From Acidimicrobiia bacterium (GTDB lineage: Bacteria > Actinomycetota > Acidimicrobiia > Spongiisociales > ZC4RG35), in the NCBI GenBank assembly GCA_003230435.1, contig QIDW01000225.1, forward strand, positions 1 to 38,470: a stretch of 38,470 nucleotides of DNA. Direction: 5' to 3'. Below the pieces are notes generated by a model. That model was not told the origin of the DNA and ran no database searches. It saw only the letters and a program-made list of their open reading frames with translations. The position numbers and the translations under genes are program-made. Below are positions 1 through 8,198 of this stretch, in pieces. Each line of letters begins with the position of its first letter. Position 1 is the stretch's first letter.

Positions 1-21
1 GGTTATCGATCTATAGGAGGA

Positions 22-87
22 ATGATGGCACTTCGCAACAAAGTATCCGACGGATGTTGTGGCGGCGGTGGCTGCTGCACCGGCTGA
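22..87 (+). CDS. Short Cys/Gly-rich ORF (MMALRNKVSDGCCGGGGCCTG-stop). It is either an SD-preceded micropeptide or the 3' end of a CDS cut by the window edge.
   Basis: AGGAGG at 15-20, ATG at 22 and 25, TGA at 85-87. The frame stays open back to nt 1. It is too short for the ORF track. Nt 1-50 are visibly AT-richer than neighbouring coding DNA. Confidence 0.3.
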   Translation: MMALRNKVSDGCCGGGGCCTG

Positions 88-94
88 GCGGAAC

Positions 95-111
95 TAAGTG
101 CTCCTCCAACG
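95..111. repeat. Intergenic motif copy S1 (TAAGTGCTCCTCCAACG)
   Basis: Shares CTAAGTGCTC and TCCAACG with the copies at 1005 and 26806, with one extra C. It lies between the short ORF stop (87) and the nuclease stop (130). Confidence 0.5.
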
Positions 112-129
112 TTAAAACGATGGGGGGCG

Positions 130-930
130 CTAAGGCTGGGGCGTTGCTCGAGAGAGCAGCGCCTCCGCTGCTCTCCCCTCGTCACAATCGCTCAAGATCG
201 GGCAGAAGCGACACCAGGGGCCGGCTCTTTTCTCGAGTCTCGACCCGTCACTCCATGAGGTACGGATCTCGTTGGCCAACTGAGCCACTTCTTCGGCTAC
301 TCGCGCGATGTCGCCAGTAGACGGAACTGTCCGATAGCGCTCCCCCGTCTGCACCGACACAGCCTCAACGTATGCCGGCACCTCGGCATGATCCAACGCC
401 CACATCAGTGCGTAGAACATGAGTTGATCTTCGGGCGCACCAAGCTCTCCGGTCTTCCAGTCGACAAGCCGGTGCCCACCGAGATCCTCCCGATAGACCG
501 CGTCGACCGTGCCCACCAGCTGAACACCCTCGTCTGTCTCGTGCATCAGATCCACCTCTGATCCCTCAAACCCGTCGGTGGGGAGTTTGGTGAAACGGTC
601 GTAAAGGCCGCGCACCTCTTCGATCACGCCTGCCAGCGCCGACGGTTTCATCTCGAGGCCGGTGAGTTTGTTGTTCAAGTTCGATCCACCTATTTCCTCG
701 CGACAGGCCTGAACAAACTCATCTGAGGCGATCAAACCTCCGGTGAGATGACGACTGAAGATGCGATGGGCGAGGCTCCCCAGGAACGCCGGGCGAGTGT
801 CGGGCCCATAGATCCCCTGAAGCCGCGCGTTCGCCGAATCCGGGCACTTTTTCCACGCCACGTACGTCGAAGCAGATAGACGTATCTCATCACCAGGAAT
901 CACATGTGGGATAACCACCAACATAGGCAA
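130..930 (-). CDS. PD-(D/E)XK nuclease, Cas4/RecB-like, with a four-cysteine (Fe-S type) signature
   Basis: 266-aa ORF. Contains GTVDAVY...LVDWKTG (D...DxK), a QLMFY (QxxxY) motif, an N-terminal Cys (WKKCPD) and a C-terminal CRFCPILSDC (CX2CX5C), as in Cas4/AddB-type nuclease domains. Confidence 0.8.
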   Translation of the reverse strand: MPMLVVIPHVIPGDEIRLSASTYVAWKKCPDSANARLQGIYGPDTRPAFLGSLAHRIFSRHLTGGLIASDEFVQACREEIGGSNLNNKLTGLEMKPSALAGVIEEVRGLYDRFTKLPTDGFEGSEVDLMHETDEGVQLVGTVDAVYREDLGGHRLVDWKTGELGAPEDQLMFYALMWALDHAEVPAYVEAVSVQTGERYRTVPSTGDIARVAEEVAQLANEIRTSWSDGSRLEKRAGPWCRFCPILSDCDEGRAAEALLSRATPQP

Positions 931-1004
931 CGAGGGTATACCCCTGCCTGGATATCCACGGTTCAGATATTGGCCTGGCCAGCGGTATCATGCCCGGTCC
1001 AGGG

Positions 1005-1028
1005 TTAGTGCTCTCCAACGGAGAGCAC
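1005..1028. repeat. Intergenic motif copy S2 (TTAGTGCTCTCCAACG), extended into a perfect palindrome GTGCTCTCC-AAC-GGAGAGCAC (1008-1028)
   Basis: The 14-mer AGTGCTCTCCAACG is identical to 26808-26821. The 9-bp arms are perfectly complementary. Located in the divergent region between the nuclease (start 930) and the VanW gene (start 1055). Confidence 0.6.
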
Positions 1029-1030
1029 CT

Positions 1031-1049
1031 AGGCCGAATGGGTCGGCCT
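1031..1049 (+). promoter_or_regulatory. Start-proximal hairpin in the VanW leader (AGGCCGA-ATGGG-TCGGCCT)
   Basis: Perfect 7-bp stem with a 5-nt loop, ending 5 nt before ATG 1055. It covers the position where an SD would be expected. Confidence 0.4.
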
Positions 1050-1054
1050 TTCAC

Positions 1055-2953
1055 ATGAACAAGCACCTTTCCTTCCGGATACATCCGTTACTGACTGCCG
1101 TGATCGTGGTAGCCGGGGTATTTGTGGTGTTGTTTGCGGCATACGGGCTGACCCGCAACGTCTCCCAGAACGAAGTGATGGGTCGCGTTGAGGTGGTTGG
1201 AACACCCATCGGTGGCCTAAGTCAGGAAGAAGCGGTCAGCGCGATCCTCGCCGTGGAGGATGAGTATCGGGCAAGGACGGCCGCCTTCACTATCGATGGC
1301 AAGGGGGTGCTGTTGAACCCTGCGGAGGCCGGCTTCGATGTCGACGAAGAGGCGGTCGTCGACGAGGCGATGCGTGTCGGACGAGAAGGCAACGCGGCCT
1401 ATCAGTTCCTCTGGTGGCTTCGCAACTTGTTCACGACCACCGGGCTAGGTCTTAGCGGCTCCACGGAAACCGCCGCGATGAACCAGATATTCGACGATTG
1501 GGACTCGGAGGTCATCTCGATACCAGTCAGCCTCGGCGCCATAGAGATGACAGACGGCGTTCCCCAGCCCGTCTACCCGGAGACGGGCGTCGGCGTTGAT
1601 CGGGAGGAGAGCACCGAGATCATCGAGATGAGCCTTCTTGCCGAGGCGCCAAAGGATGAGTCTCTGCCCACGGAGACGATTATCCCGAAACTGAGCGACT
1701 CGGACATCGATGATGCGTTGGCAGAAGCCAATCGTCTTCTTTCAGGCTCGATCCGCATGGTCCACCACGACAGCGATCTGGTGTTCACGCCCGCCCAGTT
1801 GGCCGAGGCCTACCGGTCAGAGACAGTCACATCGTCCCCTCCTCAGATTGTGCATTTGTTCGACCCAGAGACCATCAACGGTTTCCTGGAGCCGGTCAGG
1901 TCCGAATACGAGGCCCCGCCGGTCGACGCCCGATTCGCGATCTCGGGCGACTCGATCAGTATCGTCCCTGGCATCCGGGGGACCAGGATCGAGGAAGTCG
2001 AGACGGCGCAGAGGCTTCTTCAGGCTGGATTTACCAGTGGAAGAGTGGGACAACTTCCGCTGGTCGAAGACGCCGACCCCAACGTCACCACCGAGTCTCT
2101 CGAGAACCTGGGCATCAAACAACTCGTCTCATCCTTCACGACCTACTACTCGTGCTGCCAGGACAGGGTCAACAACATCCAGCTGATGGCGGACACCGTG
2201 GACATGGCCATCGTCCGATCCGGGTCGGAGTTCGACCTCAATGCATACGTCGGACAGAGGACGGAGGAGAAGGGATACCTGCCGGCGGGGACCATCATCG
2301 GCGGGCAACTCAAGGACACCGTCGGTGGTGGTGTCAGTCAGTTCGCCACGACCTTCTACAACGCAGTCTTCTGGGGTGGATACGAGGACATAACCCACCA
2401 GCCTCACTCGGTTTACTTCTCTCGTTATCCCGAAGGGATCGAGGCCACGATCAATTGGACAACACCCAACCTCATCTTTCGCAACAACACTGCCAAGGCG
2501 ATCATGATCGACACCAAGTACACCGACACCTCGATCACTGTTCGCTTTTTTGGCGACAACGAGGGGCGGACCGTCAAGGGCGAGCAGAGTGGCGGTGATA
2601 CCAAGATCTGGGTTCCCTCAAGAGGCGGTCCCGACGCGATTCACATAGAAGGAACCGTGTCAGGGCGGTTTGCCCAAACTGAACCGGGCCCGCCGAAGTA
2701 CATCGGGAACCCGGCGTTTGACCTTGATCGGGTCGACCAGATCCAGAGAGAGCGTGACGGATGGAGCGTGAAGGTCACCCGCAGGAAACTGAGGGGAGGG
2801 ACCGAGCTCATCGCCGAAGAAGAGTGGATTGTCAAGTACCGGCCTCAGTTCGCGGTCTTGGAGGTGCACCCCTGCAAGGTCCCCGGTCAGGAAGAGACTT
2901 GCCCGACAACCACTACCACGATCCCGTTGGAAACGACCAGCACCACAAGTTAG
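1055..2953 (+). CDS. VanW family protein (YoaR-like, N-terminal membrane anchor)
   Basis: 632-aa ORF with an N-terminal TM helix (LLTAVIVVAGVFVVLFAAYGL). The C-terminal VanW-like core is YYSCCQDRVNNIQL...GGGVSQFATTFYNAVFWGGYEDITHQPHSVYFSRYPEGIEATI. Confidence 0.85.
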   Translation: MNKHLSFRIHPLLTAVIVVAGVFVVLFAAYGLTRNVSQNEVMGRVEVVGTPIGGLSQEEAVSAILAVEDEYRARTAAFTIDGKGVLLNPAEAGFDVDEEAVVDEAMRVGREGNAAYQFLWWLRNLFTTTGLGLSGSTETAAMNQIFDDWDSEVISIPVSLGAIEMTDGVPQPVYPETGVGVDREESTEIIEMSLLAEAPKDESLPTETIIPKLSDSDIDDALAEANRLLSGSIRMVHHDSDLVFTPAQLAEAYRSETVTSSPPQIVHLFDPETINGFLEPVRSEYEAPPVDARFAISGDSISIVPGIRGTRIEEVETAQRLLQAGFTSGRVGQLPLVEDADPNVTTESLENLGIKQLVSSFTTYYSCCQDRVNNIQLMADTVDMAIVRSGSEFDLNAYVGQRTEEKGYLPAGTIIGGQLKDTVGGGVSQFATTFYNAVFWGGYEDITHQPHSVYFSRYPEGIEATINWTTPNLIFRNNTAKAIMIDTKYTDTSITVRFFGDNEGRTVKGEQSGGDTKIWVPSRGGPDAIHIEGTVSGRFAQTEPGPPKYIGNPAFDLDRVDQIQRERDGWSVKVTRRKLRGGTELIAEEEWIVKYRPQFAVLEVHPCKVPGQEETCPTTTTTIPLETTSTTS

Positions 2954-2985
2954 GCGCCTTCCAACGTGAGTGAGGTCGCATGTTT
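2950..2985. repeat. Intergenic motif copy S4 (TTAGGCGCCTTCCAACG-N7-GGTCGCATGTTT)
   Basis: Degenerate copy of the 17-nt motif, followed by a 12-mer identical to 26829-26840 at the same 7-nt offset. It overlaps the VanW stop codon and lies in a convergent gap. Confidence 0.5.
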
Positions 2986-3001
2986 AGCGCCCGGACCGGG
3001 A

Positions 3002-3298
3002 TCATTCCTCTTCGTCGTAGAACCTGAGGAACAAATGTGTTACGTCAGACACGGCGCCTGCCGAATCCTCATCCCAACCACCTGGCCGGCGAACGGTGAC
3101 CGCGTTCTGGAGAACAAAAACGTGATCTATTCCCAGGTCGAGGGCAAACAGCCGATCGGCAAGCACCCCCGGAACACCTTTTCCCTCAGATTCGGGGGTG
3201 ATCGTCTGACCATCCTGGCCGGTGAAACTTCTGTCGGTATCGACGATGAGGATCTCCCCCATCGCGACGGTATCTTTGATCTCTACGTTCTGACCCAT
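3002..3298 (-). CDS. Small Nfu/NifU N-terminal-domain-like protein (hypothetical)
   Basis: Uses the internal ATG at 3298 of the 149-aa ORF, because the upstream part overlaps pyk. LADRLFALDLGIDHVFVLQNAVTVRRPGGWDED resembles the Nfu_N fold pattern. Assignment is from memory only. Confidence 0.45.
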   Translation of the reverse strand: MGQNVEIKDTVAMGEILIVDTDRSFTGQDGQTITPESEGKGVPGVLADRLFALDLGIDHVFVLQNAVTVRRPGGWDEDSAGAVSDVTHLFLRFYDEEE

Positions 3299-3333
3299 TG
3301 ACGGGATCGTAACTAGCGGTGCGGCACTAGTGG

Positions 3334-4767
3334 CTAACCGCCAAGCCCACCGGAGAGCTCGCCGATTCTGTGAACTTTGACCAGGTTCGTCGAGGCCTTG
3401 AGATGTGGTGGCACTCCAGCGACCATCACAACGGTCTCGTCGTGGACGCACACGCCCTCGGACCGGAGCATCGACGCCGCAAGGGCGATCTCATCATCGG
3501 TGTAGTCGCGACGCTCGAAGTGGTGGGGAATCACACCCCAATAGAGAGACATGCGTCTTCGAGTGACATGGTTGGGAGTGAAAGCGACGACACGCTGTTC
3601 GGGGCGGTACTTGGAGATCAAACGCGCTGTGTTCCCGGTCTCGGTGAATGCGACGATGGTGGAAGCCCCGACATTCCCGGCAATGTGGGTGGCGGCCTGT
3701 GCGACGGCCGAAGCGATGTTGTTCTCGTCTCCAACGAAGGACACTGGATGCTCGCCACGATCAGGGAGAGTCCCCTCCTCGACCGTTTGGCAGATCCGAG
3801 CCATTGCACTTACCACCTGGGTCGGGTAGGCACCGATGGCTGTCTCACCCGAGAGCATCACGGCGTCGGTGCCCTCCATGACGGCGTTGGCCACATCGGT
3901 AACCTCGGCCCGCGTCGGCCGGGGGTTTGTGATCATCGATTCGAGCATCTCGGTGGCTGTGACCGAGATGCTCCCGGCCGCATTCGCCCTTTCCAGGATG
4001 TCGGCCTGGATCAGAGGCAAACGCTCCAACGGCACCTGAACCCCCAGATCACCCCTGGCGACCATCACTCCAAAAGACGCTGCGAGGATCTCGTCGAGAT
4101 TGTCCAAAGCCTGAGCCAGCTCGATCTTTGCGATCACCGGGACGTCCCCACAGAGTGACGCAACGATGTCGACATCTGCGGCCGTACGCACAAACGAAGC
4201 CGCCACGTAATCGACTCCCAATTCCTTGCCAAACGCCAGATCGACCTCATCCTTGTCGGTGATGCTCACTGCCGACAGACTGCTGTCGGGAAAAGCGACA
4301 CCCTGGTGATCGGAGAGCGAACCGTCCTCGAGAACACGAGCGCGCAGCGCGCCGTCCCCTCTCCCTGTTACCTCCAGCGACACCATGCCGTCACCGAGGA
4401 TCACCCGGTGTCCCGGAAGGACATCGTCCAGCAGATTTTCGTAGCCCACTTGAATAGTGTCAGCTCCCACTTCTCCGGGTGCTGGTGCCAGGGCTATCTC
4501 GGCATCCTTGTGAAGCTCGATTTCACCGCCAGGAAACGTCCCAACCCGCAGTTTCGGCCCCTGAATATCTTGCATGACCGCAACGCTCCGACCAGCGTCA
4601 TCCGCGGTCGATCGAACCCATTCGAGCATCTGGCGATGGAAGGCGTGATCACCATGGGAAAAATTGAGGCGGGCCACATCCATCCCAGCGTCGATCAGAT
4701 CCCGTATGCCCTGCTCGCTGGCGACCGAGGGCCCGAGGGTGGCGATGATCTTCGTCTGACGCTGCAT
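3334..4767 (-). CDS. pyk: Pyruvate kinase
   Basis: 477-aa ORF: MQRQTKIIATLGPS...ARLNFSHG...MVARGDLGV...TATEMLESM are hallmark pyruvate kinase segments. Confidence 0.95.
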   Translation of the reverse strand: MQRQTKIIATLGPSVASEQGIRDLIDAGMDVARLNFSHGDHAFHRQMLEWVRSTADDAGRSVAVMQDIQGPKLRVGTFPGGEIELHKDAEIALAPAPGEVGADTIQVGYENLLDDVLPGHRVILGDGMVSLEVTGRGDGALRARVLEDGSLSDHQGVAFPDSSLSAVSITDKDEVDLAFGKELGVDYVAASFVRTAADVDIVASLCGDVPVIAKIELAQALDNLDEILAASFGVMVARGDLGVQVPLERLPLIQADILERANAAGSISVTATEMLESMITNPRPTRAEVTDVANAVMEGTDAVMLSGETAIGAYPTQVVSAMARICQTVEEGTLPDRGEHPVSFVGDENNIASAVAQAATHIAGNVGASTIVAFTETGNTARLISKYRPEQRVVAFTPNHVTRRRMSLYWGVIPHHFERRDYTDDEIALAASMLRSEGVCVHDETVVMVAGVPPHLKASTNLVKVHRIGELSGGLGG

Positions 4768-4829
4768 ATCAGCCTGACGCTAACCGGCCAGGGGCCAGTC
4801 CCCTTTGATCCCGGAGAAGGTGTTCTTGG

Positions 4830-6278
4830 TTAGGAGGAGAGCTTCTGCCGCAAAAGCTGATTGGCCAGCTTGGGGTCCGCCTTGCCCTGACTTGCCTTCA
4901 TTACCTGGCCAACCAGAAAGCCGACGACTTTCTGCTCGCCGGCCGCATAACTGTCGACAGCCTCAGGATTGTCGGCGAGCACCACGGCAACGATCTTCTC
5001 CAAAGCCGAAGTGTCTGAGATCTGAACCAGATCACGTGCTTTCGCCACTGCCCGCGGTGAGCCCTCGCCAAGGAGAACCCCCTCGAGCACTTCCTTGGCG
5101 GCCGATGACGAGACGAGTCCTTCTCCCACGATTCTCACCAGTTCGGCAAGCTGGGGGCCGTCAAGAGAAAGCTTCGTCGGGTGGGTCTCGGTCCTTCGCA
5201 ACCACGCCGTCACCTCTCCGGTCAGCCAGTTGGCGGCGCGGCGGCGATCCGCCCCCTCGGCTGTGGCCACTTCGTAGATGTCTCGAATCTCGGCAGGCGA
5301 GCCGGAAAGCACTCCGGCGAGGTCGGAGTCGAGGCCCTCGTTCGAATACCGGGCCTTTCGCTCTGCCGGCAACTCGGGAAGGCCGACCTTGACCTCATCG
5401 ACCCAAGAGGCAGACATCGCCATTGGAGCCAGATCGGGCTCCGTGAAGTACCGATAATCGGAAGACCCTTCCTTGGTTCTCATCGAGTGGGTGACCCCGG
5501 CCTCCTCATCCCAGTGGCGGGTCTCCTGAGTCAGTTCGCCTCCCGCCTCGACAACTGAGATCTGTCGCTCGATCTCGTACTCGACAGCCCTTTCCAGCGA
5601 GCGGAACGAGTTCATGTTCTTGACCTCGACTTTGGTACCGAGGGTTTCGGCACCCTCTGGCCTGATCGACACGTTGGCGTCGAAACGAATGGAGCCTTCT
5701 TCGAGACGCGCATCAGAGACGCCCAACTCGGCGACTACTGCCCGCAGATCCTGCGCATACGCCCGTGCCTCGGCGGCGCTTCTTATGTCTGGCCGGGAGA
5801 CGACCTCGACAAGCGGGACACCAGACCGGTTGAAGTCGAGCAGAGTCGATTCCGCGGTGTGGATCCGTCCGCCATCGCCGACGTGAGTCGATTTTCCCGT
5901 GTCCTCCTCCATGTGCGCGCGCTCGATGCCGATCCGCCTCGTCTCACCGTCGACCGTGACATCGAGGTAGCCGTCATGACATACCGGGATGTCGAACTGG
6001 GAAATCTGATAGCCCTTTGGAAGGTCTGCGTAGAAATAGTTCTTGCGGTGGAAAACCGAACGCTCCGACACCTCACAATTGAAAGCAAGGCCAATCGCCA
6101 TGATCCACTCGATGGCCTTCCGATTTGGGACCGGGAGAGCCCCCGGCAAACCAAGACAGACCGGGCATATGTTGGTGTTGGGTCGCGCACCAAACTCCAC
6201 GGCGCAGCCACAGAACATCTTCGACTTGGTGGAGAGTTCGACATGCACCTCGATCCCGACCACGGTCTCCCAGGTCAT
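4830..6278 (-). CDS. gatB: Asp/Glu-tRNA amidotransferase subunit B
   Basis: 482-aa ORF: WETVVGIEVHVELSTKSKMFCGC...NYFYADLPKGYQISQ. The 4-nt overlap with gatA fits a gatCAB operon. Confidence 0.95.
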   Translation of the reverse strand: MTWETVVGIEVHVELSTKSKMFCGCAVEFGARPNTNICPVCLGLPGALPVPNRKAIEWIMAIGLAFNCEVSERSVFHRKNYFYADLPKGYQISQFDIPVCHDGYLDVTVDGETRRIGIERAHMEEDTGKSTHVGDGGRIHTAESTLLDFNRSGVPLVEVVSRPDIRSAAEARAYAQDLRAVVAELGVSDARLEEGSIRFDANVSIRPEGAETLGTKVEVKNMNSFRSLERAVEYEIERQISVVEAGGELTQETRHWDEEAGVTHSMRTKEGSSDYRYFTEPDLAPMAMSASWVDEVKVGLPELPAERKARYSNEGLDSDLAGVLSGSPAEIRDIYEVATAEGADRRRAANWLTGEVTAWLRRTETHPTKLSLDGPQLAELVRIVGEGLVSSSAAKEVLEGVLLGEGSPRAVAKARDLVQISDTSALEKIVAVVLADNPEAVDSYAAGEQKVVGFLVGQVMKASQGKADPKLANQLLRQKLSS

Positions 6279-7744
6279 GAGGCCAACTCCTCGAGGATCG
6301 GTCGGTCGGCAAAACCCGCAAGACTCTCAACGGCGGCAGCCACCTGAAACATGACGGTCTCGCCGAGAGCTGGGGCCATCACCTGGAACCCGATAGGGAG
6401 GTTCTGGTGGTCGAGGCCAATCGGGATCGAGATCGCCGGATGGCCGGCAAGGTTGGATGGGATCGTGCAGATATCAGACAGGTACATCGCGAGCGGGTCG
6501 TCTACCCGGGCACCCGCCTCGAATGCGACCGTAGGGCTGGTCGGCGACACCAGGACGTCGACGATTCCGTAGGCACGGGCAAAGTCTTCCTGAATGGCGG
6601 ACCGAACCTTCTGGGCCTGTCCATAAAAGGCGTCGTAGTAGCCGGCGGACAGCGCATATGTGCCGAGCAAAACCCGTCGGGTGACTTCAGGGCCGAATCC
6701 CTCGGCTCTGGTCCGCGCCATCAGCGACTCCGTCGTTGTCCCTTCACCCCGATGGCCGTACCGAACGCCATCGAAGCGGGCCAGGTTTGCCGATGCCTCG
6801 GCCGGCGCAATCAGGTAATACGCAGAGAGGGCGATGTCAAAGGTGGGTAGCGAAACCTCCACCACTGCGGCACCGGCATCGGACAACTTGTCGACCATGA
6901 CCGAGACGGCGGATTCGACTGCCGGTTCGTATCCCTCACCAGCCAGCTCCCTGACCACCCCCACCTTCAGGCCGGAAACGCCACTGTTCAGAGCTGCCGA
7001 GAGGTTGGGATACTCACCCGCATACGACGTGGCGTCCATTGGGTCATGGCCCCAGATGGCCTCGAGCGTGAACGCGGCGTCCTCGACGCTTCTCGAGAGA
7101 GGGCCTATTTGGTCGAGCGATGAAGCAAAAGCGATCAGCCCGTACCGACTCACCGTCCCATATGTCGGCTTCAGCCCAACCACGCCCGTAAGCGATGCGG
7201 GCTGACGAATGGATCCTCCCGTATCGGATCCAAGCGCGGCAAAGGCAGAGCCGACGGCCACGGCGGCTGCAGACCCCCCTGATGACCCTCCGGGGATACG
7301 GCTGATGTCCCAAGGGTTGTAGGAGGCCCCATAGGCCGAATTCTCCGTCGACGAACCCATCGCGAATTCGTCGAGGTTGGTCTTTCCGACAATTACTGCA
7401 CCGGCTTCTTTCAGCTTCCGGGTAACCGTGGCGTCATAGGGAGGGATGTAGCCGGCGAGGATCTGAGACGAAGCAGTTGTCTCGACACCCCTGGTGCACA
7501 TGTTGTCCTTGAGCGCCACCGGAATACCATGCAGTGGTCCGCGATCGAGCCCGTCCTCAAGTTCAGCATCGGCCTGACGGGCCGCCCCTCTTGCCCTTTC
7601 CCTATCGATGGTCAAGTAGGCGTGAAGCTGCGCCTCCGTCCGGGAGGCCCGATCCAGGGTTGCCTCGAGAAGGTCAGACGAGGACACCTCACCGGCGCGC
7701 AACCGCCCGCCGGCTTCCGCAATGGTCATCTCGTGGAGAGTCAC
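6275..7744 (-). CDS. gatA: Asp/Glu-tRNA amidotransferase subunit A
   Basis: 489-aa ORF with the amidase signature GGSSGGSAAAVA...GSDTGGSIRQPA. Confidence 0.95.
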   Translation of the reverse strand: MTLHEMTIAEAGGRLRAGEVSSSDLLEATLDRASRTEAQLHAYLTIDRERARGAARQADAELEDGLDRGPLHGIPVALKDNMCTRGVETTASSQILAGYIPPYDATVTRKLKEAGAVIVGKTNLDEFAMGSSTENSAYGASYNPWDISRIPGGSSGGSAAAVAVGSAFAALGSDTGGSIRQPASLTGVVGLKPTYGTVSRYGLIAFASSLDQIGPLSRSVEDAAFTLEAIWGHDPMDATSYAGEYPNLSAALNSGVSGLKVGVVRELAGEGYEPAVESAVSVMVDKLSDAGAAVVEVSLPTFDIALSAYYLIAPAEASANLARFDGVRYGHRGEGTTTESLMARTRAEGFGPEVTRRVLLGTYALSAGYYDAFYGQAQKVRSAIQEDFARAYGIVDVLVSPTSPTVAFEAGARVDDPLAMYLSDICTIPSNLAGHPAISIPIGLDHQNLPIGFQVMAPALGETVMFQVAAAVESLAGFADRPILEELAS

Positions 7745-8031
7745 TCTGCCTCCATTGCTGGAGGCACAACGAAGTAGCCGTTCTCCGTTTCGGGAGCCTG
7801 GGAGAGAACCTCATCTCGATCGAGCGATGGTCTGCGCTCGTCTTGGCGGAATGCATTGACAATACCAAGCGGGTGGGCTGACTCCTCGCGGGGACCACCC
7901 TCGAGTGACTGCACTTGAGCCGCGTGGTCGAGGATCACGCCGAGCTGGGCCTTGTAGCCCTCGAGTTCTTCAGCAGTCAGGTCGAGGCGAGCAAGGCGCG
8001 CCACATGGGCAATATCAATATCGATCGGCAT
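7741..8031 (-). CDS. gatC: Asp/Glu-tRNA amidotransferase subunit C
   Basis: Starts at ATG 8031 (MPIDIDIAHVARLARLDLTAEELE...), giving the typical ~96-aa GatC. The longer 130-aa ORF adds a non-protein-like N-terminus running through the inverted repeat. Confidence 0.85.
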   Translation of the reverse strand: MPIDIDIAHVARLARLDLTAEELEGYKAQLGVILDHAAQVQSLEGGPREESAHPLGIVNAFRQDERRPSLDRDEVLSQAPETENGYFVVPPAMEAE

Positions 8032-8082
8032 GGCCGCCGGAGTGTAAGCCAGCCCCACCTGTGTCGAAATCTGATAGATCCC

Positions 8083-8143
8083 CTGTAAGCGTGTGCACAG
8101 ACCGGGGGCGGTCCCCACGCCCACCCTGTGCACACGCTTACAG
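8083..8143. repeat. Perfect 18-bp inverted repeat CTGTAAGCGTGTGCACAG-N25-CTGTGCACACGCTTACAG
   Basis: The arms at 8083-8100 and 8126-8143 are exact reverse complements. Each arm contains the 8-bp palindrome TGTGCACA, with centres 35 bp apart. It lies between divergent gatC and a small membrane-protein gene. Confidence 0.85.
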
Positions 8144-8198
8144 TGCCGTCGTGGCCAACCCGAGTCCCCTACGTGGCACTGCCCTTGCTCTTGGAACG

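Noticed and set aside
22-87. Polycysteine leader ORF acting as a cysteine-responsive attenuator
   Set aside because: Such leader ORFs control a downstream gene on the same strand. Here the next gene (130-930) is convergent, so there is nothing to attenuate.
1005-1028. CIRCE (HrcA) operator
   Set aside because: The resemblance is superficial: TTAGTGCTC here versus the CIRCE half-site TTAGCACTC. The spacer is 3 nt rather than 9, and no chaperone gene is adjacent.
8032-8133. Longer 130-aa gatC and the 192/247-aa plus-strand ORFs (7905..8483, 8093..8836)
   Set aside because: The extensions read through the 18-bp inverted repeat and are not protein-like. The mirror-image peptides (CTRLQ on both strands) are just the palindrome being translated.
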